Below are positions 14,229 through 31,500 of a stretch of 64,000 bases of DNA, in pieces (within the stretch, counting starts at the first letter, position 1; each line of letters begins with the position of its first letter). Both the position numbers and the translations under genes were made by a program. A model generated the notes under the pieces. That model was given only the letters and a program-made list of their open reading frames with translations. It was not told the DNA's origin and did no database searches. Source of the stretch: the human T2T-CHM13v2.0 reference genome, Homo sapiens; NCBI RefSeq assembly GCF_009914755.1, contig NC_060926.1; one strand, given 5' to 3'.

Positions 14229-15721
14229 GTTGAACTGCCAATTGCTCTATTTGAGGTCCCTATGCCCTGTCTCCACTGAAGTTAAGGTCCACTCCCCATT
14301 TTTATATGGGGACTGTAGACGCTGCGCATCAGGTACCCTCCTCCTCCTTCCCCTGGTGCATCAGACAGAACCCGGTATTGAGGCTTTGGGGGCAGGGAGA
14401 GGGGCAGGGCTGCTACAGGACATCTGTCCGTCCGTCTGTCTGTGAAGCTGCACCGGCGATTGGACCACCCTCTGCCCGCCTGTTCTTTCCCCTTCACGCC
14501 ACCTGACAGCCTTACACAGAAAGCCAGCCTGGCCAGACCTGCCCCCTGAGTTGGTGGCACGGGGGAAGATGAGGGAATTAACTTCTGGCCCGCTGACAGT
14601 GGTGCAGCCTGCCAAAGCCGCCCGGGTAATTTGGTTCCTTTCCTTTGTTGACTTGGTGCCAGCGCACAAGAGCGGATTAAGCAGGGAAATTCTGCATGGA
14701 GAACTCTCCCCCTTGGCGCTCCAATCCCATTGTCTCCTGAGAATGACAGCCGCTGGTGGTGCCAACGCACACCGCTTCACTGGCACGTCCCCAAACAGAT
14801 CAGCTTCCCATTCCTGAAAAGAGGGATTTGTTAAAGAACTGGAGTTAAAAGAAAGAAGGAGAGGCAGGAGAGGACAGGCTGCGTAGTAAAAGTTACGCCT
14901 GGTTTGTTAATTAAAGGAGCAAGGTCCCCTAATGCTAATGCTGATCCCTGCAGGGGACGTTGGTTCTTCTCAAATTCACCTCCTTTGGGGGATGATTTCA
15001 ATTGGGCCCACACTTCCTGCGCCTGGGCATTGGGCTGTGTGCTGGTTGGTGAGGTGGAGATGAACAGCTAGCTCCTTTAAGAGACATGCATCAGTCCTTC
15101 TCTGTTTTCCAGAACACAGACACCTATGCAAAAACCTGGGATAATCGCAGGTAATATTTATTGAGTGCCAACTATGCGGCAGGCACTGTTCTAAGCATTT
15201 GATTCACATCAGCTAATTTAATGATTCTAATAACCTCATGAGGTCTGTATTATTGTTATTCTTATATTCCTGCTTTAATGATGGCAAACGTATGTATAAA
15301 CAGTGGTGAGCTGTCCGTGTTAACAATTGCTCTCTGGAAAAATATAAAAAAACCAGCTCTGAGCATTGCAGCATTTGCCACTTTCTGTGGTGTCCACACT
15401 CCTACCACACTCGAGTACCAGCTTCCCATGGGAGGTCCCTGAACACAGAGCTGGGGGCAGTCACGACTTCAGTGCACAAGCAGGATCCCTGACGCCAATG
15501 GGTGACAAGAAACTTTTCCAAACTCATGCAGTTAAGTGGTGGAGCCAAGATTTGTACGCGGGTCACCTGGTTCCTGAGCCTCTTCTCTCAACTGCTGTAC
15601 TGCTCAGCCTCTGATGACAGACAGAAAGAACATGAGGCCTCAGGGAGTTCTGAAGGTGAGAGAGGTATGGGACACGCCAGCACCTCTCAGTTCCTGCCTC
15701 ACTGACAGTCCTCCTTCCTGG

Positions 15722-15763
15722 GCCCCCCGCCCCGCCCCGCCCCACCCCACCCCACCCCACCCC
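15722..15763 (-). other. G-quadruplex/i-motif-capable tract with SP/KLF boxes
   Basis: ccccccgcccgccccgccccaccccaccccaccccacccc: at least 8 runs of C3-6 with 1-nt spacers. Confidence 0.7.
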
Positions 15764-17857
15764 ATGTTGTTCTCCTCCCTTACCAGCACTTGAGCCCGAT
15801 AACTTCCGGTTCAAGAAATCCGGATGTACCACAACACACTTTCTGAGGCAGAACGTAAAAGGTAGAGCCACGTTTGGTATCCGAGGTAAACAATTTTTGT
15901 AGCCGCTAATGAAATCTTTAAATCCTCTCTTTGTACATCGTTTTCATTTTATTATCACAGCATGTTTGTGAGAAATACTTTAAAATTCTTCAGCCTAAGA
16001 GTAAAAAAAGCCCCCCCGCCCCACCCCCCGCTCCACTGTCAGTTTTCTCCCTTCTGTGTCTTGCATACTGGCTGATTGACTTTGTCCACTCCAGGTATCC
16101 TAACATCTTAACAGTCTCCTTGCTGGAAAGAAATCTTCAGTGGCTCCCATTACCTACGGATCCAGCCTGGCTTTTTAGTCCAGCATTCAAGACCTGTCAA
16201 GCTCTTCTGCATCCTCTCGTATGCATGTGATAGACAGGCACTCCACCTAGCGAAGTACAACCATCCCAAACTTATTCCTATTACTTTTCTTCCATTCATT
16301 CGTTCATACAATCAATCAGTCATCATTGAGGATTTATTAGACGATAGGTTCTGGAGACAAAAAGGTAGATAAATACGACGCAGTCTTTGCTTTTGAGGAC
16401 TGTATCCCAGATACATCTGACTGGTTGTTCCTGCTGAAACATTTTTCCACCTCCATGCTTTTGCATACACTACTTTCTCCACCTGGAAGACCCTCTCTGC
16501 ATTTCTGAACATGCACTTTTATTAACTGTCCACAGCTGCAGTGAGGCCTTCTTCATGAAGCCTCTCCCAGTTCTCCGCCTCACCCCACCAAGCTGGAACT
16601 GATCGCAGCCTCCAAACTCCCACAGCAATCCTTTGCCTCCTCTTCTGACGCTACTCTTTCTCTCTTGGATGAAAGCCGTGTGTATCCATGTTGGTTCTCC
16701 ACTTCTAGAACCTGTCGTTTTGGGGCTGCAGGACTTGGTGGATTCACACTGGCATCCCCTCAGGAAGCAGGTGAGCAGGAAGTGACTGTTGGATGCACGA
16801 GAAAGCAAGGGAACCACAGAGGTGGGAAAATGCTGTCTCTTTTTCATTGTTAAGTCACTACTTTAGGCACAAGAGTGTAACTAAGTCCTTTCCAAATGGA
16901 AAATGGCTACTTTAGAGCCACGTGGACTCCTCACAAATTACATGTTGTGTCTTCTGTTCCTCTTTAAAATATTTTTCACAGGTAGCTTCATTAAAATGAC
17001 GATCACTTCTGGGAGCAAATTAATAAATTCAAACATAGACTATTAGAATTTGAAGGGACCTGCAAGACCCTTCTCTCTTTAGCTCTCAATTTTAGATCTA
17101 AGAAAACTGGGTCAAGAGAGGCAAAAATAACTTACTCAAATTCCCTGTGAGTGCTTGTGGTATATTGTACAATACACCATAATAATTGTTTATAATAATT
17201 TAGTGATTCATTCAACTACTCTGCAAGTCAACTCTGTGTCAGGCAAAAGGTGATTCTAAACCATTGAGAAAAAGATAAAATATATTGGTTATTGAGGAGT
17301 AGTTTAACTTTTTAGAAATGCTTTCATCAACAGTAGCAAAAAGGAAAGCAAATAAAAGCTCATATAAGGTAAATTTCAGTTACCTGGAAAAGTTACCTAT
17401 GTGAAGTGTTTCATTTTACAGGTGAACAGAGCAGTGAGACAGGGCCATATGACAACCTTTCCTTGTTCGCAGGGGATAGTTCAGGTTTACTTCTCTTGTA
17501 AACTTCTCTCTTCCCACCACAATTATTAATAGTGTGTTCTTTCACTCTCAAAAGTGTTCTGGCTTGGACAATGGCCATTCTACGTATAAAGCTTAGTCGT
17601 TTTTTCTTGTATAGCTATAATATCACTTTTTTTTTCTTTTTTTTCTTTTATTATTATACTTTAAGTTTTAGGGTACACGTGCACATTGTGCAGGTTAGTT
17701 ACATATGTATACATGTGCCATGCTGGTGCACTGCACCCACTAACTCGTCATCTAGCATTAGGTATATCTCCCAATGCTATCCCTTCCCCTTCCCCCCACC
17801 CCACAACAGTCCCCAGAGTGTGATTTTCCCCTTCCTGTGTCCATGTGATCTCATTGT

Positions 17858-21459
<3,602 letters not shown>

Positions 21460-21460
<1 letters not shown>

Positions 21461-22191
21461 TATTTGAGGGTAACCCGACCTTTCTCTCTGGCTGCCCTTA
21501 ACATTTTTTCCTTCATTTCAACTTTGGTGAATCTGACAATTATGTGTCTTGGAGTTGCTCTCCTTGAGGAGTATCTTTGTGGCGTTCTCTGTATTTCCTG
21601 AATCTGAACGTTGGCCTGCCTTGTTAGATTGGGGAAGTTCTCCTGGATAATATCCTGCAGAGTGTTTTCCAACTTGGTTCCATTCTCCCCGTCACTTTCA
21701 GGTACACCAATCAGACGTAGATTTGGTCTTTTCATATAGTCCCATATTTCTTGGAGGCTTTGCTCATTTCTTTTTATTCTTTTTTCTCTAAACTTCCCTT
21801 CTCGCTTCATTTCATTCATTTCATCTTCCATTGCTGATACCCTTTCTTCCAGTTGATGGCATCGGCTCCTGAGGCTTCTGCATTCTTCACGTAGTTCTCG
21901 AGCCTTGGTTTTCAGCTCCATCAGCTCCTGTAAGCACTTCTCTGTATTGGTTATTCTAGTTATACATTCTTCTAAATTTTTTTCAAAGTTTTCAACTTCT
22001 TTGCCTTTGGTTTGAATGTCCTCCCGTAGCTCAGAGTAATTTGATCGTCTGAAGCCTTCTTCTCTCAGCTCGTCAAAGTCGTTCTCTGTCCAGCTTTGTT
22101 CCGTTGCTGGTGAGGAACTGCGTTCCTTTGGAGGAGGAGAGGCGCTCTGCGTTTTAGAGTTTCCAGTTTTTCTGTTCTGTTTTTTCCCCAT
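21460..22191 (-). pseudogene. ORF1: L1 ORF1p truncated at 243 aa
   Basis: MGKKQNRKTGNSKTQSASPPPKERSSSP...; coiled coil and RRM present; ends RVTLK* at the deletion junction (full length is 338 aa). Confidence 0.95.
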
Positions 22192-23098
22192 CTCTGTGGT
22201 TTTATCTACTTTTGGTCTTTTATGATGGTGATGTACAGATGGGTTTTTGGTGTGGATGTCCTTTCTGTTTGTTAGTTTTCCTTCTAACAGACAGGACCCT
22301 CAGCTGCAGGTCTGTTGGAGTACCCTGCTGTGTGAGGTGTCAGTGTGCCCCTGCTGGGGGGTGCCTCCCAGTTAGGCTGCTCGGGGGTCAGGGGTCAGGG
22401 ACCCACTTGAGGAGGCAGTCTGCCCGTTCTCAGATCTCCAGCTGCGTACTGGGAGAACCACTGCTCTCTTCAAAGCTGTCAGACAGGGACATTTAAGTCT
22501 GCAGAGGTTACTGCTGTCTTTTTGTTTGTCTGTGCCCTGCCCCCAGAGGTGGAGCCTACAGAGGCAGGCAGGCCTCCTTGAGCTGTGGTGGGCTCCACCC
22601 AGTTCGAGCTTCCTGGCTGCTTTGTTTACCTAAGCAAGCCTGGGCAATGGTGGGCGCCCCTCCCCCAGCCTCGCTGCCACCTTGCAGTTTGATCTCAGAC
22701 TGCTGTGCTAGCAATCAGCGAGACTCCGTGGGGTAGGACCCTCCGAGCCAGGTGCGGGATATAATCTCGTGCTGCGCCGTTTTTTAAGCCCGTCGGAAAA
22801 GCGCAGTATTTGGGTGGGAGTGACCCGATTTTCCAGGTGCCGTCCGTCACCCCTTTCTTTCACTAGGAAAGGGAACTCCCTGACCCCTTGCGCTTCCCGA
22901 GTGAGGCAACGCCTCGCCCTGCTTCAGCTCGCGCACGGTGCGCGCACCCACTGACCTGCGCCCACTGTCTGGCACTCCCCAGTGAGATGAACCTGGTACC
23001 TCAGATGGAAATGCAGAAATCACCCTTCTTCTGCGTCGCTCACTCTGGGAGCTGTAGACCGCAGCTGTTCCTATTCGGCCATCTTGGCTCCTCCCCCC
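22192..23098 (-). promoter_or_regulatory. L1 5'UTR internal sense/antisense promoter, CpG-rich, intact YY1 site
   Basis: CAAGATGGC YY1 motif at 23078-23086 (minus strand); many retained CpGs. Confidence 0.85.
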
Positions 23099-24096
23099 GT
23101 AATATCACTTTTTAATTAATAGCAGATTCTAAGCAATGTGTCACTGATCTGTTGCTGTCGAACCCTGGACATCTCAAGGCTGCCTGCTTGTGAGAGAGCT
23201 CCCAGAAAACTGTCAGCAATGCCAGCGGATGCCCTCTTTCCTCTCAGTGTCTTGCTACTGTGAATATGTTCTGTCCACAAATGCTATGGCACAACCTTCC
23301 AAATCCCAGGAAAATAAAGGACACCTCGAAGCAGGTTGGTCTGTTTTGCCAAAAATAGAAGCTACCAGCAGTCTTGGGGGTGAGGAGATAGAGGATGTTG
23401 ATGGTGTGTCATAGGCCAGATGCAAGTCATTCCAGGCATTTTTGCATAAAAATCCACTTCCAATCTTCCTACATGAATTGCCATTAGGTACATTGCTTTA
23501 AAGTGTTAAATGAACCATCAAGTTTTTCACTTGGCAATTGCTAAACTTCCAAAAAATCTGCTTTGTCAGTTTTGGATACTCACATTGTTTGAATTGTCTG
23601 TTGCTGTCTAACTCCCATTCTTGGGGGTAGATGGAGAGAAAGATGACTTGATGAGAATGTGTATGGGAGCAACTCACCTCCCACACTCTTGAGAAGGCTT
23701 GTCAGAGGACCTAAATGACATCACATCACCCAACCTCTATTGTACATCTTTGTAGAAACTGATATGAGAGACTAGGTGTCCCAGATGGTTGAAAAGATAT
23801 TAGGACTCAATTTCCACCTATATCTTACTCCATGACAGCTGTTTCTTACCTGGGCCCCTGTCTTTAATCTGTTCCCTCACAGTTCACCCTCTCCACTGCA
23901 ACCTAAGAGATCATTCTGGACCAGAGAGACACAGGCAGAATCTAGCTTCCAACACTCTGGGGTTTCGCTACCTCCAGATTTAATGTCCAAGCACAATATC
24001 ATAAAGCCCTCAATAAGCTGATCATTGTTTCTTTCTTGCTACATTTTCCAGTATAAGTTTTCTTCTATTGTGTACTTTTGAGTTAAAATGAAAACA

Positions 24097-24442
<346 letters not shown>

Positions 24443-24582
24443 TTAAATGCATCAACTCTCACCACTACCAACAGATGGCATGAGAAGGTGCTTGTAAAAT
24501 ACCACTTTGGACTTAAGAACACTCTAGGAACCAACTTTTCTGTAAGCAGAGGAGCTTCTTTTTCTCTAATTTTCTCCTCTAT

Positions 24583-24728
24583 TTATCCACCAACTCATCC
24601 ATCCATCCATTCATTCATCCATCCATCTATCCTCCCATTTATCCATCTATCCATCCATTCATCCATCCTCCCATTTAACCATCCATCCATCTATCCATCC
24701 ATCCATCCACCCACCCATCCATCCATTC
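24583..24728. repeat. (TCCA)n degenerate microsatellite, likely L2 tail-derived
   Basis: Repeated atccatcc units. Confidence 0.9.
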
Positions 24729-25003
24729 TTTCAACAGGCAATTGCTTGCTTGCTCTGTGCCAGACACTTGAGCTCTGTGGTGGTAATCATTGGGGGAACA
24801 ATGAAGCCCCTGGCCTCAAGAAACTTGGAATCTCGTACAAAAGTGTTGTATTCCCCCTGCATGCTTGCCATTGCCTATGACCATACGGCATCCTTCACCT
24901 AGAGTATCATTATTTATGTTCTCCATCTAGAAAATGCTTCACTAACATTAAGAGTTAGTTAAAGCACTTCTTTCTAAGACTATCCATATCTCCCCATCAG
25001 TAA

Positions 25004-25393
<390 letters not shown>

Positions 25394-26314
25394 TAAACAA
25401 ATCATTTAATCTCTCAGGGCCTTAGTTGCTCAAACCATAAAATGGGAAGGATAATAATTGCTTATCTAATCTCACGGGGTAGTTGTGAGATTCACATAGT
25501 TGTCTAAATGCCTTAAACCACTGACTTTCTGTTGATTCATTTATTCCCTCAACATTTGTTAAGTGCTCTTTGGGCCAACCCTTGTGTTAGTTCTGGGGAT
25601 TTATATTTAAGTGGACCCTTCCCACAGGGAACACATCACCTAGAGCAGGCAACAGTCATGGAAAAATTCCCACGCAGTGAGACATGTGATGAAAAAAGCC
25701 AGCGTGGGGAGGGTGGCTTCAAACATGAACATCATGCGATTTAAAATAACCAGAGCATGCATTCGCCTCACACTCACTATGCACACTGTCCTGTTCTCAT
25801 GCTTTGCTTGCATTTGCCCATTTAATTCTCACATTTATTATCTCTCTTTGAAATAGGAACATTTATGATCCCCATTATACAGATGAGAAAAATGTAAGCA
25901 AAGGATGGTATGGCTAGTAATAGGCAGAGGTAATATTTCAACCTCCTAAGCCCTTTATAAACAAGCTCCACAGGTAGGGGTGAATGGGCATCCCATGGGG
26001 CCAAGGCAGTGAGTGAGGGTGTTGGCATGACCAGAGCAGAAGAAGGTGAGCTCGCGGGAGCAGGTCGAATTCCTGAGGGCAGGCAGCCTGGCTGAGGAAT
26101 CTGCAGCCCCCAAGGTTACTGAAAATAGGTATCGTGTGATCAAACGCAGGCCTTCTAGGAACTTGGATTTACCTCCTTTTTTTGTCCTCCTTCTTCCCTC
26201 TCCTTTCATTCCTGGGGAATGTCTTGCCTGTCCTCTTGGACGCTGGCCTTGAACAAAGATGGCTTAAAAAAATAGTTGGAGGCGAGAATCAACTTTCACT
26301 TCATTAAAAAAAAA

Positions 26315-26466
26315 ATTCTTTTTCCTTTCCTTTTTTTTTTTTTCCAGAGATAAGTTTCACTAATTTTTTTTTTCCAGAGTTGAGGTTTGCTATGTTGCCC
26401 AGGTGATTCTACTGCCTCAGCCTCCAGAGTAGCTGAGATTACAGGCCTGTGCCCCCACCCCTGTCT
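26315..26466 (-). mobile_element. Degenerate Alu monomer fragment
   Basis: T tail, gctatgttgcccagg, ctgcctcagcctcc, gattacaggc. Confidence 0.7.
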
Positions 26467-27037
26467 CTAGAACTAGGTTTTGGTTTGCAGAGTGGTAACA
26501 TTCCCTGGCTACAGTTGTATGTTATGAGCCTTGTACATTTGCAGAGTATATGGGAAGAAAGCAGCCATTCATCAAGATCTCTCCTTACCTGTTGGACTTT
26601 GGATATATGACAAGAAGTTACTAAATGTCTAAGTAATGTCTTTTCCTTTTTATCTAAAAGACCCTAAAAATATGAGTATTTGGCATCATTCTGTCAACAA
26701 TTGATTTGATTTGCCGTGAACTGATCTTTGCTAGGGTTCCAAGTTGGTTTAAATCAATGAGCTCTCTCTTTTTTGTTTTTGTCTCTCAAATTGTATTGCT
26801 TTGGAGAGTTTTTCTTTGAAAAGCTTTTATTGACTTTTGCTAAAAGAAGAAGCGATGTGTCAGATTCTAAATGAAATCCTCTTTCTGAGGAGCTGTGAGG
26901 TCCCCACAATGTGTCAACAACAATCAAGATGTTGAAATTGAAAGCATTCACAGAGGTCATTCAGCCCAGCCATTCCCAGATCTGACCGATCACCGGAATC
27001 ATGTGGGCATCAGAGACAGAGCAACAACAACAAGCTA

Positions 27038-27040
<3 letters not shown>

Positions 27041-27115
<75 letters not shown>
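27041..27115. repeat. Uninterrupted (CAG)25/(CTG)25 trinucleotide repeat
   Basis: 75 bp of perfect CAG, preceded by (CAA)4-GCTA-CAA and followed by (GAAT)n. Confidence 0.98.
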
Positions 27116-27117
<2 letters not shown>

Positions 27118-27843
27118 TGAAGGAATGAATGAATGAATGAGCGAGTGAGTGAGTAAATCCGCATTTCTGGAGGAGACTGTATTTACGAAGAATCTTCCCA
27201 GATCTCTATGGCAGCATGTCTGGGGACCCCTGCAGTCACTGGTCTCTCCAACAGGGCAGCAACCCAGAATGGTGCAATTTTGGCATTGCACACACCTGAG
27301 GAGGCACATGGGGGCTGAAATCCAGTCCAAGCTCCAAGGGAAAGACTTCTTTTTCTCTGTGTGACTCCCCCAACCTGTGGAGTGTGCCTCTAGGGCTGCA
27401 TCCATGCAAGGGGACACCTTTTCCTAATTTTCACAAAGGTTCCCTATAGGTTAATGGGGGCATTGCTAAGAAACCCAAATGCTGCAATGATTTTTAAGGA
27501 CCATGCTGATTGATGGTCATCTTGGACTGCCACTGAGGTCTCACATTTTACTGTTAGTTCATTCTCTTCCTCCACTCCTCTACTACCTGCAACCATAGTC
27601 TTGCTCTAGATCCTGCAGCCCATGACATCCCATTCCTCTTTCCCCAGGGAGACCCTCACGGATTTTGAAAACAACCTGTTCCCACTTGTCCTAGGTTTAT
27701 TGGTCAGAATATCCCCGCTTCTTTCTGAATAACCTGGATTTGGTTTTCTTTCCATTTATCAAATTCTCCCATAATCTGTATCATCCACATGGATGGACAC
27801 TTCATTTGGTCACTCACTCATTGTTTCACTCATGAGTGCATAC

Positions 27844-28520
27844 TGTGCAGCTGGTTCACCATGCACTAGTTACCAGCTTGTCTAGTCTCATGAGGCAGAA
27901 CACCCATGCATATCACAGGTTACATAAAGAGGGTTTATTACTTACAGATAGATAGCAAGGGGCAAGAGATGCCGAGGGCCTGTTGTAAACCCATCCCCCA
28001 AGACTCAGGGAAGCTGCCTGGGGTGGATAGAGCTTCAACTGCACACGCTTCATTTGCAGCACTGCAGAGGGACCCTGGAAAGCAGCATTCCATGGGTTTT
28101 ATACCCTAAGGTCACATGACATGTGGGGCTGAAGCACTGATGGAATCTTGTTTCTGAGGGAGACTGGGACAGAGCTCTGGCTATTCCGGCCAGCTCCTCT
28201 CTATCTCAAGGATGTGGCATTCTCAGCACATTCTAAATTTTTTTTTTTTTTTTGAGATAAGGCCTCACTCTGTTGCCCTGACTGGAGTGCTGTGGTGCAA
28301 TGATGGCTCACTGCAGCCTTGACCTCCCAGGCTCATGCAATCCTCCCACCTCGCCTCCAAGGTAGCTGAGACTACAGGTGTGCACACCATGCCTGGCTAA
28401 TTTTTTTTTTAAGTTTCTGTAGAGACAGGGTCTTGCTATGTTGCCCAGACTGATTCTCAGTGCATTCTAAAACAGGGGAGAACTGGATTGGTTGAAGACC
28501 ATCCTGATCATATGCCAAGC
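27844..28520 (-). mobile_element. Old ERVL-type solo LTR (LTR53-like), interrupted by an Alu
   Basis: tg-start, antisense polyA signal gggtttattacttacagatag and TATA gggttttataccc; subfamily tentative. Confidence 0.45.
28238..28453 (-). mobile_element. 5'-truncated AluJ
   Basis: T tail, right arm plus part of left arm; TSD ttctcag(ca/tg)cattctaaa on both sides. Confidence 0.92.
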
Positions 28521-31500
28521 ATTCGACAGTTGTTCATCAAATATTTATTAGTGCGACTATGTTTTAGTCTCTTCTCCAGCCTTTGGGGATATAGTGACAA
28601 GCAAAATAGAACATGTTTCTTATTTCATGGTTCTTTAAGTCTAGTGGTAGGGAAGACAGATAACAGACAAGTAAACCAATAAATAAGAAAGATAATTTTA
28701 AACAGTGTTGAGTCAAGCACTTTGCAAGGTGTTAAAGGAGTAAGGAGATGAAAAAAGTGCTTTCTGCAAGTTGCTTACAGTCTAGTGGGGAGATTCATTC
28801 AAACTCATAGTTTCCACCTGGCTTTGCTCATATTGAAATCAAGGCTTGTAGGAGACCATTGGAGCATGGGGCCAAAAGGCCTAGGGAGGAGGAGGGGTCC
28901 CTCTCTGGGATCAGGCCTCCTCAGCCCAGAGGCAGCAGGTTCTTACCCAGTTAGGATTATTCTAGTTTGTTTTAAATAACTCTGGCTTACTACATTGTTT
29001 TTAAGGTCACGTTGGGTAGACTTGATTTTAGAGTCTGATTCTTTTTTAGGTGTGGAAGGAGTTTTCCATGAGAGAATAAAACCCCACATTGCAATTCCCA
29101 TTTCAGTCTGGTGGGCCTTGGAGCCAAAATAGTTTGTGCACTAAGTGCTAAGCTATGCAGAGATGGGAGATATTCAGCTCCTTCAATCTGGTAGGCTTGG
29201 CAGGGCGAGCTCTTGGTAACAATGACTTCCTATATACCAACTATAGTATAAAAACTGTGGCTTGTGTTTTGTCTTGCTCTGTGCCCTCTGGGGCCAATTC
29301 CAGCTCCAAGCTCCCTTTGAAGTTTCTGTGCCTGGATTGGCTTCACAGGCTCTGAAGCCAGATGAGAAATGGGCCCATTATTAATGGGGGCAAAGAATTC
29401 GCACCCTCTTCATTCTGTGTGGGTGGTATTGGGATTCCATGGGATACCCTAGGGGAGAGTGTCAGACTGCTCAGAGCACTGGTGCCGGGCTTGGCACTGG
29501 TTCTTTTTGGGATCTGTTGGCACTGAATGGCACTGGACAGTAATGACTTCCCTGTGTTTAGCTGCGAGTGATGAGAGGTTACTCTGGACAGATGATGGGT
29601 GTGGTGGGGGTCATGCATTAGGAGAGCAGATTCATTCATTGTTTAATTGATTGGTTCGCTCATTCAAACATTTACTAAGTTCCATTCTGTGCCAGGTCTT
29701 ATGTTTCTCCATTTCTCAGGGAACAAAGAGCCACAAGATTTTGGTAGAGAAGATGAGTGTGCAAGGGACTTGGTGCAAAGCAGAGTTATAGGCACCCTGG
29801 AAAAAATCTGAGTAGCAGGGGGCAAGGCACAGTGAAGGAAGTCATCCGTTCTCTCTGGCTGGGGGTGGTTAAAAAAGGCTTCAAGGAGGAGGTGGTGTTT
29901 GAACTGTATTTTAAAAGTTAACATCAGGAACAGACCAATGATAGGAATGTGGGTGTATTACATTATGATGAGACACATTCTACTCTGTTTACAAAGTCTT
30001 AACCAAGCTTTTAGGGTGGCTCAATTCTGTTCACAAGGAGTGGGTAATGAGCTGGTTCTATTTAGTAAGATAGAGACAGAAGAGTACCCTGGTCTAGTAG
30101 TCAAGAAACCCGAGTTTGTGATGAGTCCTCGCTTGCCCTCCATGGATGTTGTTTTACTCAGCTATAACATGAGAGATGTGGACAACTTCAGCAATATTTC
30201 ACCATTTCCTAGGAAGAGTTGAAATGGTTGCGGTAGGGGTAGAGAGCTGAGATCTCTTGCTAGTCCACCCCTTGCTCCCTAAGGGGTCCCACAAAGCAAA
30301 GCTGAGCTTTGCAGAACATCTTGTCAACCTTGTGAAGAAATGGCTTCTAAGACCCTTTCCAGTCTGATACTTGGAGCTTGATCTCAAATTGAGTCCAGTA
30401 AATTCACAGCAATGTGACCTTGGTGAGCCTTCTTTCTTGCTTATGAGCCCTTCTTCCTCCCTCATTTCCACATCTGTAGGATAACAGGTTGGACAATATG
30501 ACCTGGAAGCCCTGTCTCTTCTGGCTTTACAGACCAAAGACCTACAGATCCAACTACACTGGCTGTGCAGGGGATTTGGTTATAAGGAAAGAAAAAGGAT
30601 TCTATTTGTCAGGTGCCTTCCACAGACCACACACAGGGCTAGGGGTTTTGCTTACACTACACTTCATCCTTCCAGCACAGAAGTCTCTTGAGGCTGTTAT
30701 AATTGTCATAGCTTTAAAGATAAGAAAACAAGCCCAAAGAGATGAAAGAACTGGAGAAAATTCTCCAGGGTTGTGTGAAAGAACAGGAGAGTGGATGGGG
30801 GCCTCTGCCTCTCAGTCCAGGGCTGTTTCTGTCATTCTATATCTTTAATATCCCTGACAGCGTGACCCTCTTTTCTTGGCTGTCTGGTCAACACAGTGGG
30901 CTGCCATGCAAGGTGGAACTCTAGTGCCATGATGTCCACAGTGCCTGCTGGTCCAGAGCAGCCCTGGCTGGACAGTCAGGCCATACTCAGAAAATGCAAT
31001 GGCCTTGAATCAAGGAGCTGCTTGGCTGGACAGATAGAAGGGGGCTGTGAGGTCCCAGATGGGGGAGTCCTGGGCTTAGAGTCAGAGGAGACTCCACTTT
31101 CTCACATGTTGGGGGCTGGGGTCTTGTGTTGGGGAAACAGAGGCCAGGGGTCCAGAAAGGACCACCCTTGAAGTTAATTTTTGGAGCAGGGAATGTACTC
31201 TACTCTAGATGTCTGCAAGAGGGAGATGCAACTTAAGCGAGAGAGGATGTGAGGGGATGGCTTGTCCCCCGCGAGTGCATGTGTCTGCATGTGTCTCCCC
31301 ATGTGACACGGGAGTGCATGCAAACACATCCATGTGGCCAGGGTGCATAGGTGTGCATCAGGAGTGCTCGTGCTGTGGGCTTCTGTGTCAGCAAATACGC
31401 ATTAGGGAAGCTGTGTATGTACACACGTGTGTTTGTGTCCACGTAAAGAGAACAGACGCATCTGTGTGGTATGGGTTTGCATGGAATGTAAGAGTACTGG

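Noticed and set aside
26895-27417. Poly-Ser, poly-Ala and poly-Cys ORFs
   Set aside because: Translations of the CAG tract; no splice context or domain, and the flanks are simple repeat
31270-31480. Degenerate TG/CA-rich stretch as a Z-DNA element
   Set aside because: Alternation is frequently interrupted; ordinary decayed microsatellite
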